A DNA stretch of 64,000 bases from an uncultured Chloroflexia bacterium. Lineage in GTDB: Bacteria; Chloroflexota; Limnocylindria; QHBO01. Under the pieces are notes generated by a model. The model worked only from the letters and a program-made list of their open reading frames with translations, did not search any database and had not been told where the DNA came from. The translations under genes and the position numbers were made by a program. Positions 31,529 to 42,311 of the stretch are shown one piece after another. Position 1 is the first letter of the stretch, and every line of letters begins with the position of its first letter. The stretch covers positions 928,001 to 992,000 of the forward strand of contig CAWGTN010000002.1 in the NCBI GenBank assembly GCA_963825525.1, read 5' to 3'.

Positions 31529-33925
31529 ATGGCCCTCCGCGAGGCTTCCATGACGACCACAACCGATGGCATGTCCACGCTCGACCAGGACGAGCTCGAC
31601 CGACTTGACGCCTACTGGCGCGCGGCCAACTTCCTCTCCGTCGGCCAGATCTACCTTCTCGACAATCCACTCCTGCGCGAACCGCTTCGGGCGGAGCACA
31701 TCAAGCCCCGTCTCCTTGGCCACTTCGGCACCGTGCCAGGCCTCAACCTCGTCTACACCCACCTCAACCGTGCGATTCGCGACCGCGACCTCGATGCCAT
31801 CTTCATCGCCGGGCCTGGCCATGGCGGCCCCGGAATCGTGGCGAACGCGTACCTGGAGGGCACGTACTCGGAGGTCTATCCAGCTGTCGGCCGCGACCTC
31901 GATGGCATGCGCGCCCTGTTCCGCCAGTTCAGCTTCCCCGGCGGGATCCCGAGCCACGTTGCGCCGGAGACACCCGGCTCCATCCACGAGGGCGGTGAGC
32001 TCGGTTATGCCCTCTCCCACGCATACGGAGCCGCCTTCGACAATCCCGACCTGCTGGTCGCGTGCGTCATCGGCGACGGGGAAGCCGAGACCGGGCCGCT
32101 CGCCGCGAGCTGGCACTCGAACAAGTTCATCGACCCCGCCCGCGATGGCGCGGTGCTCCCGATCCTCCACCTCAATGGCTACAAGATCGCCAACCCCGCC
32201 GTACTCGCTCGAATCCCCGAGGATGAACTGCGGAGCATGCTCACCGGCTTCGGGTACGAGGTCCATTTCGTCGCCGGCGACGTGCCCGCCGATGTCCATC
32301 AGCAGATGGCTTCCACCCTGGACTCCTGCCTCGACGCCATCGTCGAGATTCAACGCCGGGCACGGAGAGGCAATGGCGCTACGGGACGACCGCGGTGGCC
32401 GATGATCGTGCTCCGCACACCGAAGGGATGGACCGGCCCGAAGACGGTTGACGGAACGCCGGTCGAGGGCACATGGCGCGCGCACCAGGTGCCGATGGCC
32501 GACGTGCGCGACAACCCGGCCCATCTCGCCCTCCTCGAAGGCTGGATGCGCAGCTACCGGCCGGATGAGCTCTTCGACGCCGGAGGCGCGCTGCGGGCGG
32601 ATCTCGCGAACCTCGCTCCGACAGGCGAGCGGCGAATGAGCGCCAACCCCCACGCGAACGGTGGCGCCCTGCTCCGCGATCTCCGTCTGCCGGACTTCCG
32701 GGACTACGCCGTGACGGTCCCGACCCCCGGAGGAACGACTGCCGAGGCTACCCGCGTCCTTGGCGAGCTGATCCGTGACGTCATCACGCTCAACCCGGAA
32801 TCGTTCCGCCTGTTCGGTCCGGACGAGACGGCCTCGAATCGGCTCCAGGCGGTGTTCGAGGCAACCGACAAGGCCTGGATGGCGGACATGCTGCCGGTCG
32901 ACGAGCACCTGGCCCCCGATGGCCGAGTGTTGGAGATCCTGTCCGAGCACACGTGCCAGGGTTGGCTGGAGGGATACCTCCTCACAGGCCGACACGGTCT
33001 CTTCAACTGCTACGAGGCGTTCATCCACATCGTCGACTCGATGTTCAACCAGCACGCCAAGTGGTTGAAGACGACCCGGGAGATCCCCTGGCGGCGTCCG
33101 ATCGCGTCGCTGAACTATCTGTTGAGCTCGCACGTCTGGCGCCAGGACCACAATGGATTCAGCCACCAGGACCCGGGATTCATCGACCACGTCGTGAACA
33201 AGAAGCCGGACGTCATCCGCGTCTATCTTCCGCCCGACGCCAACACGCTCCTCAGCGTGGCCGATCACTGCCTGCGCAGCCGCGATTACGTGAACGTGAT
33301 CGTCGCCGGAAAGCAGCCATCGCCCCAGTGGCTGTCAATGGACGAGGCCGTGATCCATGGCGCACGCGGAATCGGGATCTGGCGATGGGCCAGCAGCGAC
33401 GGAGGCGGAGCGCCGGACGTCGTTCTCGGCTGCGCCGGGGACGTTCCGACCCTGGAGACCCTGGCCGCGGTCAGCATCCTCCGCGAGGAGCTGCCGGACG
33501 TGAAGGTCCGAGTGGTCAACGTCGTGGACCTCATGCGGCTGGTGGACGAGAAGGAACACCCTCACGGGCTGCCCGACAGCGAGTTTGACGCGATCTTCAC
33601 GGTCGATCGACCGATCGTCTTCGCGTACCACGGATATCCCTGGCTGATTCATCGCCTGACGTATCGGCGCACGAATCACGACAACCTCCACGTTCGCGGA
33701 TATCGCGAGGAGGGCACGACCACGACGCCGTTCGACATGGTGATGCTCAACGACCTCGACCGATATCACCTCGTCATGGATGTGATCGACCGGGTGCCCG
33801 GTCTCGCCGCCCGCGCGGGCCATGTGCGGCAGCTCATGCTGGATCGTCGAGTCGCGGCACGTACCCACACACGCGACCACGGCGAAGACAGCCCCGAGGT
33901 TCGCGACTGGCGCTGGAGCAGCTGA
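31529..33925 (+). CDS. xfp: Xylulose-5-P/fructose-6-P phosphoketolase
   Basis: [58 protein letters not shown]. Confidence 0.96.
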   Translation: MALREASMTTTTDGMSTLDQDELDRLDAYWRAANFLSVGQIYLLDNPLLREPLRAEHIKPRLLGHFGTVPGLNLVYTHLNRAIRDRDLDAIFIAGPGHGGPGIVANAYLEGTYSEVYPAVGRDLDGMRALFRQFSFPGGIPSHVAPETPGSIHEGGELGYALSHAYGAAFDNPDLLVACVIGDGEAETGPLAASWHSNKFIDPARDGAVLPILHLNGYKIANPAVLARIPEDELRSMLTGFGYEVHFVAGDVPADVHQQMASTLDSCLDAIVEIQRRARRGNGATGRPRWPMIVLRTPKGWTGPKTVDGTPVEGTWRAHQVPMADVRDNPAHLALLEGWMRSYRPDELFDAGGALRADLANLAPTGERRMSANPHANGGALLRDLRLPDFRDYAVTVPTPGGTTAEATRVLGELIRDVITLNPESFRLFGPDETASNRLQAVFEATDKAWMADMLPVDEHLAPDGRVLEILSEHTCQGWLEGYLLTGRHGLFNCYEAFIHIVDSMFNQHAKWLKTTREIPWRRPIASLNYLLSSHVWRQDHNGFSHQDPGFIDHVVNKKPDVIRVYLPPDANTLLSVADHCLRSRDYVNVIVAGKQPSPQWLSMDEAVIHGARGIGIWRWASSDGGGAPDVVLGCAGDVPTLETLAAVSILREELPDVKVRVVNVVDLMRLVDEKEHPHGLPDSEFDAIFTVDRPIVFAYHGYPWLIHRLTYRRTNHDNLHVRGYREEGTTTTPFDMVMLNDLDRYHLVMDVIDRVPGLAARAGHVRQLMLDRRVAARTHTRDHGEDSPEVRDWRWSS

Positions 33926-33937
33926 GCTCGAAACCGG

Positions 33938-34468
33938 TCAGGCTGGAGCCTCTCTGGTCGATGGCGCCGGCATCAGGTTGACCTGTTCGAGCAGCCAGCG
34001 GGCGGTGGCTTGGGCCGCGGTGTGCAGCAGGACGCGATCGGCGATTCTTCCCAGCGAACCGCCCGGGGGCGCGTAGAGGCCCTCGATCATGAGCTGGACC
34101 GGGCCGATCTTCAGTTGTCCCGAGAACACCGGGAAGAGCGGTGCGGCCCCTGACGCACGCCAGCCGATCTCGGCTGCCCAACCTCCAGTACCGCGTTGCG
34201 GCGAGCCGAGATCCAGCAGGGCGGCCTTTCGGAAGGTTAGAAGGGAGCGGTCGCCCGGACCGACACGGAACCGCAGGTCGACCGCAAAACGACGCAGGCC
34301 ATTCACGGTCTCGAGCTCAGTCGCGCCCGGAAGCCACGCAGCATCCTTCCCTGTCAGGGCTGCAGCCACATCCGCGGCGTCCACCCGCAGAAGCGTCGAC
34401 ACGCGCAGCGGTACGAACTCCCCGTCGCCGACCACATCGATCGGTAGCTTGTCGACTGCTGCGGTCAT
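33938..34468 (-). CDS. Conserved hypothetical protein (SRPBCC/START-like fold suspected)
   Basis: FPVFSGQL...GLYAPPGGSLGRIADRVLLHTAAQAT pattern; GAAGGG RBS. Confidence 0.65.
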   Translation of the reverse strand: MTAAVDKLPIDVVGDGEFVPLRVSTLLRVDAADVAAALTGKDAAWLPGATELETVNGLRRFAVDLRFRVGPGDRSLLTFRKAALLDLGSPQRGTGGWAAEIGWRASGAAPLFPVFSGQLKIGPVQLMIEGLYAPPGGSLGRIADRVLLHTAAQATARWLLEQVNLMPAPSTREAPA

Positions 34469-34565
34469 CGCTCGACCCTTCGCGTGCATGGCGCCTCCAC
34501 CCCCCATTGGCCGTGGAGCCCGATCCACGCATGCCAATTGAACCCGGTGGTGCCCCCGCCGGGCA

Positions 34566-34624
34566 GGGCCGAAGTGCCTGCGCACCACGGGCCATTGGGT
34601 CCCGCGGCTTGGGACCCCGGACAG
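34566..34624. promoter_or_regulatory. Array of DosR-type boxes spaced about 22-23 bp apart in a divergent promoter
   Basis: GGGCC-GAAG-TGCCT (34566), GGGCC-ATTG-GGTCC (34589), GGGAC half-site (34611); -10 TAGGCT at 34648. Confidence 0.6.
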
Positions 34625-34681
34625 GTGCCTCGTGGTCGACTGGGGCTTAGGCTGGACGCGTTCCGCTCACGAGAGCCATCC

Positions 34682-35725
34682 ATGCCGCTCATCGGGGACC
34701 TGCCACTCGCTTCGCTGGTCGCGATCTTCTTGATCTCGGCGGTCGTTGTCATCGGTGCCGGTATCGTGCTTGCCCGAAACGGCGACGCGATCGCGGTTCA
34801 CACCCGCCTCGGGGGCCTGTTCATCGGAATGCTCCTCCTCGCCGGAGCCACCTCGCTGCCCGAGCTGGCCACTGACGTGACGGCCGCGGTCGCGGGGGCA
34901 CCGGACCTGGCCATTGGAGACTTGTTCGGCAGCAGCATGGCGAACATGGCCATCCTGGCGATCATCGATCTGGTCCACCATGGCCGCGTATGGCCCGCCA
35001 CCGGCCTCGGCCATGCGCGTGTCGCGGCGATCGCGATGGCCCTCACGGCCATCCTCCTGCTGGGACTCGTCGCGCCAACCGGCATCACGGTCGGCTGGAT
35101 CGGCATCGAGCCGATAGTGGTCGTCGTCGCCTACGTTTTGGCGGCGGCATGGGTACGCCGTGCCCCCGCCGAGCTCTCGTCGTCGGTGCCGACGAACGGT
35201 GACGTTGAGCTCATCGCGCCGCTCGGATTGGAACCGAGACCCGTGTCCCGACCGATGAGGGTCCACGTGCTTGCGTTCGCGGGCGCCGCCATCATCATCC
35301 TTGCCGCGGCACCGACCATGGCGCTCAGTGCCCAGGCGATGGCGGAGCGGATCGGGGTTGCGCAGACGTTTCTCGGCGTCACGCTACTGGCCATCGCCAC
35401 CTCTCTGCCGGAGCTAGCCACGTCGCTTGCTGCCGTCCGAATCGGCGCCTACGACCTCGCGGTCGGCAACCTGTTCGGCAGCAATGCGCTCAACGCGACC
35501 ATCGTGTTCGCGGCGGACGCGGCCACGACGTCCGGTCCCATCCTCGGCGTCGTGTCCGGCAGCGCCGCCATCACGGCCGGCCTGGGAGCACTCCTCCTCA
35601 TGGCGATCGCGCTGGGTGGGGTCGCGCATGGGGCGCGCACGCGCTTCGAGCGCGGCGAGCCCGACGCCGTGCTGGTGCTCGTCACCTACGGCGTGCTGCT
35701 GTGGGTCCTGTGGAACGCCTCGTGA
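34682..35725 (+). CDS. Sodium:calcium (CaCA, YrbG-like) antiporter
   Basis: Two alpha repeats, ATSLPEL...GDLFGSS.AN and ATSLPEL...GNLFGSN. Confidence 0.92.
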   Translation: MPLIGDLPLASLVAIFLISAVVVIGAGIVLARNGDAIAVHTRLGGLFIGMLLLAGATSLPELATDVTAAVAGAPDLAIGDLFGSSMANMAILAIIDLVHHGRVWPATGLGHARVAAIAMALTAILLLGLVAPTGITVGWIGIEPIVVVVAYVLAAAWVRRAPAELSSSVPTNGDVELIAPLGLEPRPVSRPMRVHVLAFAGAAIIILAAAPTMALSAQAMAERIGVAQTFLGVTLLAIATSLPELATSLAAVRIGAYDLAVGNLFGSNALNATIVFAADAATTSGPILGVVSGSAAITAGLGALLLMAIALGGVAHGARTRFERGEPDAVLVLVTYGVLLWVLWNAS

Positions 35726-38340
35726 CGTCGCCGCACGCGCGAGGCGCGGACGCGGTTCTTACCGCCCTTGGCACATCTCCGGATGGCCTGTCCAGCGCCG
35801 AGGCCGCGATCCGGCTCGAGCGACACGGCACGAACGAGCTGCGCTCCGTCCCGGGAGTCCCTGCCTGGCGCCTGGCGCTCGACGAGGCGCGAAACCCCCT
35901 CGTGCTCGTCCTCGCCGGCGCGATCATCGTGCTCATCGCGCTGAGCCTCATCGAGCCGGCCGAGTCTCGCTGGGGTGACGCCGGGCTCATCGCGGCGATC
36001 GTCGTGCTGAACGGCGGTCTCGGGTTCATCCAGAACTACCGAGCGCAGCGGGGCATCGAGGCGTTGAGGGGGCTCGAAGCGCCATCCGTCGGAGTCCTGC
36101 GCGACGCACGGCTGGTGGTGGTCGAGGCCACCCGGCTGGTGCCGGGTGACGTTGTCATGGTCGAGGAAGGCGACCGGATTCCCGCGGACGGGCGGCTGAT
36201 CCGTGCGCATGATCTGTATGTCGACGAGGCGTCGCTCACCGGCGAAAGCCTCCCCACGGCCAAGGCATCCGACGCGCTGGCGCTCGAAACGCCGCTCTCG
36301 GAACGGCGCGACATGCTCTACATGGGTACGTCGGTAGCGAGCGGCCGCGGCCGTTTCGTGGTGACCGCCACCGGGATGCGCTCGGAGATCGGCAGCATCG
36401 CGGAGGCCATGCAGGCGGCTGAAGACGGTCCCACGCCGTTCCAGCGCGAGGTAAACGAGCTTGGACGGCGCATCACCGGCATCGTCCTCGTACTGATCGC
36501 GATCATCGCCGTGCTCCAGCTCACGGTGGGTGGGCGCGACCCGCTCGAGACGTTCATCACGGCCGTGGCACTCGCGGTCGCGGCCATCCCGGAAGGGCTG
36601 CCCGTGGTGCTGACCCTGGCCCTGGCGTTCGGCACGCGACGGATGCTCGAGCGCCGCGCTCTGGTGCGGTCGCTGCCGGTGGTTGAGATCATCGGCGCCG
36701 CGGACCTCATCTGCACGGACAAGACGGGCACCATCACCGAGGGCCGGATGAGCCTTCGCCGCCTTGCCTGGCGCGGAGGCGTGCTCGAGGTCACCGGCGC
36801 AGCGGACGAGGCCGTCGGCGAGTTCGTGGCGGATGGGCGCCCCACCGACCAGCGCCAAAACCTGGCGCTGCTTGCCGGTGCGGCGTGCAACAACGCACAG
36901 CGAGCGGACGGCGGCGGCTTCCGTGGCGATCCCACCGAGGTCGCGCTCCTGATCGGTGCGATGAAGGCCGGCGTCGACCTCGAGCCGTTCGAACGCGTCG
37001 ACGAGATCCCGTTCTCGTCAGAGCGCAGGCGGATGAGCGTGGTTCTCGAGGGAGCTGCGGGACAGATGACACTCGTCAAGGGCGCACTCGAGGCGATTCT
37101 GCCGCGATGTATCCAGATCGATGCACCAGAGGGCGCTCGCCCCTTGACCGACGACGACCGCCGCTGGATTGCTGACGCCAACGAACTGCTGACAGGCGAG
37201 GCGTTTCGGGTGCTCGCCCTCGCCGGGAAGGCGGCGGCCGCGTCTGAGCGCGATGAGATCGAGCGCGACCTCGTCTTCTACGGCCTGGCCGGCATCGCAG
37301 ATCCACCGCGTCAGGCGGCTGGCCCGGCGCTGGCGGCCGCCGCACGAGCCGGCGTGCGGGTCGTGATGATCACCGGTGACAACCCGCGAACGGCAGAGGC
37401 GGTTGGCCGGGAGATCGGCCTTCGGGGAACAGTCATCGAAGGTCGGATGCTCGAGGGGATCGACGACGACGAGATCGTCCGACGGGGCAGGATCTTCGCC
37501 CGCGTGGAGCCCGGCCACAAGCTGCGCATCCTCAACGCCTTTCGTCGCCGTGGACACGTCGTCATCATGACCGGCGACGGCGTGAACGACGCACCGGCGC
37601 TCAAGGGCGCGGATGTCGGCATCGCGATGGGCGCACGCGGCACGGACGTCGCACGCGACGCGGCCGACATGGTGCTGCTCGACGACAACTTCGCGACGAT
37701 CGTGGCGGCAATCGAGGAAGGGCGCCGCATCGCTGCCAACATCAAGAAGTTCCTCAACTACCTGCTCACCGGCAACCTTGCCGAGGTCATCGTCATCCTC
37801 GTCGCATCGCTGTTCGGCATGCTGCCCATCACGGCGGTCCAGATCCTGTGGATCAACCTGGTGACCGACAGCGGACCGGCGATTGCGCTGGCCGTCGATT
37901 CGCCGTCGCCGCGACTGATGGATCATCCTCCGCGTCGTGGAGCGGTCATCGGCCGCGCCATGCTTGCGCTCGTCGGCGGCGTGGGATCGGTCATTGCGGC
38001 CATCGTTCTTGCCACCTTCTTCATCGGCCGTACGCTCTTCGATCTACCGACTGCCCAGACACTGACCTTCACCGCCCTCGTGGTGCAGGAGTACCTCCGC
38101 CTGGTCGTGATCCGGGTGCACGAGGGTGCCCCGCTGTTGGCGAACCGATGGCTGGTCGTGGCGGTTGTCGTGAGCCTGGCACTGCAGCTCGTCCTCCTCT
38201 ACTCCCCGCTCGGGGAGCTGTTCGGAGTCGTGCCGCTTGGCGCGGGTGCATGGGGCCTGATCGTCGCCGGCGTGGTCATCGGTTTCCCTGCCGCCCTCCT
38301 CGTGACCCGGCTCGTTCGACGCCTGCTCGGTCCTCTCTGA
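35722..38340 (+). CDS. P-type IIA cation-transporting ATPase (CtpF/PacL-like)
   Basis: [33 protein letters not shown]. Confidence 0.94.
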   Translation: MTSPHARGADAVLTALGTSPDGLSSAEAAIRLERHGTNELRSVPGVPAWRLALDEARNPLVLVLAGAIIVLIALSLIEPAESRWGDAGLIAAIVVLNGGLGFIQNYRAQRGIEALRGLEAPSVGVLRDARLVVVEATRLVPGDVVMVEEGDRIPADGRLIRAHDLYVDEASLTGESLPTAKASDALALETPLSERRDMLYMGTSVASGRGRFVVTATGMRSEIGSIAEAMQAAEDGPTPFQREVNELGRRITGIVLVLIAIIAVLQLTVGGRDPLETFITAVALAVAAIPEGLPVVLTLALAFGTRRMLERRALVRSLPVVEIIGAADLICTDKTGTITEGRMSLRRLAWRGGVLEVTGAADEAVGEFVADGRPTDQRQNLALLAGAACNNAQRADGGGFRGDPTEVALLIGAMKAGVDLEPFERVDEIPFSSERRRMSVVLEGAAGQMTLVKGALEAILPRCIQIDAPEGARPLTDDDRRWIADANELLTGEAFRVLALAGKAAAASERDEIERDLVFYGLAGIADPPRQAAGPALAAAARAGVRVVMITGDNPRTAEAVGREIGLRGTVIEGRMLEGIDDDEIVRRGRIFARVEPGHKLRILNAFRRRGHVVIMTGDGVNDAPALKGADVGIAMGARGTDVARDAADMVLLDDNFATIVAAIEEGRRIAANIKKFLNYLLTGNLAEVIVILVASLFGMLPITAVQILWINLVTDSGPAIALAVDSPSPRLMDHPPRRGAVIGRAMLALVGGVGSVIAAIVLATFFIGRTLFDLPTAQTLTFTALVVQEYLRLVVIRVHEGAPLLANRWLVVAVVVSLALQLVLLYSPLGELFGVVPLGAGAWGLIVAGVVIGFPAALLVTRLVRRLLGPL

Positions 38341-38352
38341 GGCGCGCAGGAT

Positions 38353-38390
38353 GGGCCGGATCGGCCCATCCACGGTGGGCCGTTCGGCAG
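38353..38390. promoter_or_regulatory. Two DosR-type boxes upstream of the USP operon
   Basis: GGGCC-GGATC-GGCCC (38353-38367) and GGGCC-GTTC-GGCAG (38377-38390); -10-like CACCCT at 38414. Confidence 0.65.
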
Positions 38391-38425
38391 ATGCCCGACC
38401 GTCCATGTGCTGCCACCCTCGAGCC

Positions 38426-39424
38426 ATGATGACCACACATCACGCTCCATCACACCCGGTGACCTCGTGGGCACCGAAGGCACGACCAGTGAAGGTGCTA
38501 CTGGCCCTCGACGGCTCGGAAGCGTCGCTCACCGGCCGCGATCTCGTCGCCAGCCTGGACTGGCCAAGCGAAAGCACAATTCACCTCGTGACCGGGTATC
38601 ACGTCCCGGTGGACTGGACCGGCGGCGTCGGGGCAACCATGGACTGGATCGGCGACCTCGAGGACCAGTATCGTGACGAGCTGGTCGACGAGCTGAAGAC
38701 GATGGCCGAACCACTGGTCGAACGCGGACTTGCCACCGTCCCGCACGCGATCCGTGGCCGGCCGGCAACCGTGATCGTCCAGGCCGCCCGTGAGCTGGAC
38801 GTCGACCTGGTCGTGATCGGCTCCCGCGGCCACGGCAGGCTCCATTCGATGCTCCTGGGGTCCGTGGCCACCGAGGTGTGCACGGATGCGCCATGCTCCG
38901 TCCTGGTGGCGCGGTCGGGGTCAGCACGGCGAGTGCTCGTTGCCACTGATGGGTCCGACACTGCGCGGGCGATCCCGCATCACCTTGCGACGTTGGGCAT
39001 CTTCGAGGACCTCCCGTGCGATGTCGTGTCGGTGCTGGTCCGGGATCCGGGCCTGTTCCAGTTGTTCACCGGCCTCTACACGCTCGGTGATGATCGACTT
39101 CGCCGCATGCGCGAGGGACTCGAGGAGCAGCGGCAGGCGGCACTGGACAGTGCGATCGGTGACCTCGCCGCAACTGGCGTTGCGGCGACACCCCACGCGG
39201 CGGAGGGAGACCCGGCGCACGAGATCATCGCGATGGCCGAGCAGTGCCGGTCCGACCTCATCGTGACCGGCGATCGGGGGCTGCGCGGTCTGGAACGGAT
39301 GGTCCTGGGGAGCGTCGCGCGCAACCTCCTGACGCACGCGACCGCCTCGGTGCTCGTGACACGTCCTGACCTGCAGGCGGCGCCGTCTGCAGGCCGAGCA
39401 GCCCACGTGGGAGCAATCCGATGA
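38426..39424 (+). CDS. Tandem universal stress protein (UspA x2)
   Basis: VLLALDGS; DLVVIGSRGHG...LLGSVA; VLVATDGS; DLIVTGDRG...LGSVA. Confidence 0.92.
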   Translation: MMTTHHAPSHPVTSWAPKARPVKVLLALDGSEASLTGRDLVASLDWPSESTIHLVTGYHVPVDWTGGVGATMDWIGDLEDQYRDELVDELKTMAEPLVERGLATVPHAIRGRPATVIVQAARELDVDLVVIGSRGHGRLHSMLLGSVATEVCTDAPCSVLVARSGSARRVLVATDGSDTARAIPHHLATLGIFEDLPCDVVSVLVRDPGLFQLFTGLYTLGDDRLRRMREGLEEQRQAALDSAIGDLAATGVAATPHAAEGDPAHEIIAMAEQCRSDLIVTGDRGLRGLERMVLGSVARNLLTHATASVLVTRPDLQAAPSAGRAAHVGAIR

Positions 39425-40158
39425 AGATTCGGGACGTGATGACCGATGCGGTGGCGACCGTCTCCCCGGAAACGACGCTTCATGAGGTAGCCCAGGTGCT
39501 GACCGACCGGCGGGTGTCGGGGTTGCCGGTCGTGACCAGCGATGGCACGTGCGTCGGCGTGATCTCGGAGGCCGACCTCATCGCGAAGCAAGCGGGACCG
39601 CAGACGGCGCGCCGAAGGCCCCTGGATTGGATTCTCGGCGAGTCGCCGGACCCCGAACAGCAGCGACGCCGCGCAGCCACCACCGCGAGCGAGGCCATGT
39701 CCTCGCCGGTCTTCACGGTGGAAGCGGATCGCCCGCTGCGGGATGCCGCGGACCGAATGGTGGCAAGTCACGTCAACCGTCTCCCTGTCGTCGACAACGG
39801 CCGGCTGGTGGGCATCGTGACGCGCGCCGATCTCGTGCGAGCCTACCTGCACATGGACGAGGAGATCGAGCATGCCATCCGCGATGACCTGCTCGATCAC
39901 ACGATGTGGCTGGATCCGTCGCGCTTCCGGATCAACGTGCGTGAGGGCCACGTCACCATTCGGGGTACCGTCGACCGACGGTCGACCGCAACCATCGTCG
40001 CCAAGCTCATCGGCCTGCTCGACGGCGTGGCCGATGTGACGAGCGAGCTCGCCTGGGAGCTCGACGACTCGAAATTCGGGCCGCCGATGGCCGGGGAGCG
40101 GGAGCCGGGCGCCGCGTCGATGTCTTCACGCGAACGTCCACGCGCCAGCCACCGCTGA
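39421..40158 (+). CDS. CBS pair plus BON domain protein
   Basis: RDVMT...SGLPVV...GVISEADL; NRLPVV...GIVTRADL; C-terminal VREGHVTIRGTV (BON). Confidence 0.9.
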   Translation: MKIRDVMTDAVATVSPETTLHEVAQVLTDRRVSGLPVVTSDGTCVGVISEADLIAKQAGPQTARRRPLDWILGESPDPEQQRRRAATTASEAMSSPVFTVEADRPLRDAADRMVASHVNRLPVVDNGRLVGIVTRADLVRAYLHMDEEIEHAIRDDLLDHTMWLDPSRFRINVREGHVTIRGTVDRRSTATIVAKLIGLLDGVADVTSELAWELDDSKFGPPMAGEREPGAASMSSRERPRASHR

Positions 40159-40207
40159 CGCTGGGTGGCCGCGCCCGAACCACTTGGCGCGGTACGCTCG
40201 TCTTCCA

Positions 40208-41302
40208 ATGCGGGTACTTGTCCTCAACCCCGGCTCCAGCACGCTCAAGGTGAGCGTGATCGGGCCGCCAGCGGACGCCTCGGCCACCAGCACGCTCGAG
40301 TGGCCCGTCGACGAGCCGGGCGCCGCCAGGGTGCTCGACCGAGCGATCCAAACGCTGGAGACCGAAGGGGTGACTGCGGTCGGGTATCGGGTCGTCCACG
40401 GCGGCCCTGACCATGTTGAACCGGAACCGGTCAGCGCCGAGCTGATCACGGCCGTGGAGGGCCTCGATTCGCTCGCGCCGCTCCACAACCGCCGCGCGGC
40501 CGCCGTCATGCGGGCGGGATTGAGCCAACTGGCTGAGTTGACTCACATCGCCTGCTTCGACACCGCGTTTCACGCCGACCTCCCGGATCAAGCTCGCAGC
40601 TACGCAATCCCGACCAAGTGGGTGGCGGCGCACGGCATCCGTCGCTTCGGCTTCCACGGGCTGTCGGTCGCATGGTCGACGCGCCGGGCGTCGGAACTCC
40701 TCGAAGCCCCGACCGGCGGCCTCGCGCTGGTGATCGCCCACCTCGGGTCCGGATGCTCGGTCACCGCGGTGCTCGACGGCCGATCGATGGCCACCAGCAT
40801 GGGCATGACGCCCCTGGAGGGCCTGGTGATGGGGACCCGCTCGGGTTCGATCGACCCGGGAGTCATGATCCAGCTGCTGCGCGGTGGGATCGACGTCGAT
40901 GAGCTTGCCGAGGGTCTGTCCGAGCGCTCGGGCCTGCTGGCGCTCTCCGGGGAGGCGCGCGTCGAGGCGCTGGAGCGTCGAGCAGAGAGCGGTGATGGGC
41001 GCGCCGAGCGCGCTCTCGCGATCTTCGTCCAGAGCGCAGCGGCCGGGATCGCTGCCGCTTCCACGATGCTTCCCCGGCTCGACGCCCTGATTTTCACCGG
41101 TGGGGTCGGCGAGAACTCGCCGACCGTGCGGGACGCCATCGTGGCGCGCCTCGGATCGATGAACGTCCCGTCGCGTCTCGAGGCTCGACGCGGCGATGCG
41201 ATCGTTGCCGCCGGGCCGCCGGCGGTTCTCGTCGTCGGCGCCCGCGAAGACCGCGTGATCGCCGACGCGATCGCCCAGTACCTCGCTGCCGGCCGACCCT
41301 GA
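40208..41302 (+). CDS. ackA: Acetate kinase
   Basis: VLNPGSSTLK, RVVHGG, APLHN, FDTAFH, GFHGLS, HLGSG, MGTRSG, FTGGVGEN. Confidence 0.94.
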   Translation: MRVLVLNPGSSTLKVSVIGPPADASATSTLEWPVDEPGAARVLDRAIQTLETEGVTAVGYRVVHGGPDHVEPEPVSAELITAVEGLDSLAPLHNRRAAAVMRAGLSQLAELTHIACFDTAFHADLPDQARSYAIPTKWVAAHGIRRFGFHGLSVAWSTRRASELLEAPTGGLALVIAHLGSGCSVTAVLDGRSMATSMGMTPLEGLVMGTRSGSIDPGVMIQLLRGGIDVDELAEGLSERSGLLALSGEARVEALERRAESGDGRAERALAIFVQSAAAGIAAASTMLPRLDALIFTGGVGENSPTVRDAIVARLGSMNVPSRLEARRGDAIVAAGPPAVLVVGAREDRVIADAIAQYLAAGRP

Positions 41303-41324
41303 GGGCCAGAACGGAACGGACAGG

Positions 41325-41439
41325 AGGCCATTGGGCCGCTGGCGGCAAGGGACTGCCGCGCCGAGCTCTCCTGGTGTGATCGTCGGTGACCGCCGGCCGG
41401 GTCGGGACCTTCGGCACGCATGATCGGGCCGGAAGGCCG
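41325..41439. promoter_or_regulatory. Three DosR-type boxes upstream of the CBS gene
   Basis: AGGCC-ATTG-GGCCG (41325), GGGAC-CTTC-GGCAC (41404), GGGCC-GGAA-GGCCG (41426); -10-like CATGCT at 41463. Confidence 0.65.
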
Positions 41440-41512
41440 TCGATCCGCCCGCACGCCGACGACATGCTGACCAGGCAACTTGACTTCAGACCCCACGGGA
41501 AAGGAGAGCCCG

Positions 41513-41929
41513 ATGACGCTCATCACCAACGAGCTCCGCGTCGCTGACCTCATGACCATCGATCCGATCTCCGTCCGCTCGGATGCCGGGATCGAAGAAG
41601 CCGAACAGCTGATGCGCGACCATCGCATCACGGGCCTGCCGGTCGTGGATGACCAGGAGCACCTGGTCGGCGTCATCAGCCAGACCGACCTGCTGTACCT
41701 GGCCATTCCCAGCGTGCGCTCGCTCATCCGTCATCGCGACCCGAAGGTCCGCGTCGGCGAGGTCATGAGCACGCCGCCGGTCACGATCGATGACAGCGCG
41801 ACACTCCGAGACGCAGCGCGCCTCATGCACCAGGAGCGCCTGCATCGGCTCGTGGCGGTCGACACACATGGGCGTCCCGTCGGTGTGATCGCCGCCATGG
41901 ACTACGTCGCGCTGGCTGCGGATTCCTGA
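41513..41929 (+). CDS. CBS domain protein
   Basis: AAGGAG RBS; RVADLMT, TGLPVVD...GVISQTDL, HRLVAVD. Confidence 0.9.
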   Translation: MTLITNELRVADLMTIDPISVRSDAGIEEAEQLMRDHRITGLPVVDDQEHLVGVISQTDLLYLAIPSVRSLIRHRDPKVRVGEVMSTPPVTIDDSATLRDAARLMHQERLHRLVAVDTHGRPVGVIAAMDYVALAADS

Positions 41930-41961
41930 GGCGAGGACCACATCGCGCGAAGCGCGCGCCA

Positions 41962-41975
41962 AAGCCGAACGGCCC
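41962..41975. promoter_or_regulatory. DosR-type box upstream of DUF5661-VKOR
   Basis: AAGCC-GAAC-GGCCC. Confidence 0.5.
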
Positions 41976-42047
41976 GCCCCACGTGGGAATGTCCCGCGTC
42001 GAGGGGTCCGCTCGTTATCCAACCCCCGATACGCGAGGACCATCACC

Positions 42048-42311
42048 ATGCAACAGCCCTATGCCACCGACGAGGTCGAGCGGATCGCGCGCGTCCTCGG
42101 CGTTGAGCGCGAAGTCGACCTTGAGCAGCTGCGACGCGGCATGAGCGTGGAGCTCGAGCACGGCAGGCGCGACCCGCTCACCAACGTCACCGACGACGAC
42201 CCGCTGATGACGGCGAAGATCGCCCTCGCGCACCTTCGCGAGTTCCCGGACTACTACGACCGCCTTGAGCGGATGGAAGCCGAAGGCAGGGTTGATGCCG
42301 GCTCTCGGTGA
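42048..42311 (+). CDS. DUF5661 family protein
   Basis: GMSVELEHG...TNVTDDDP...KIALAHLREFPDYYDRL. Confidence 0.8.
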   Translation: MQQPYATDEVERIARVLGVEREVDLEQLRRGMSVELEHGRRDPLTNVTDDDPLMTAKIALAHLREFPDYYDRLERMEAEGRVDAGSR

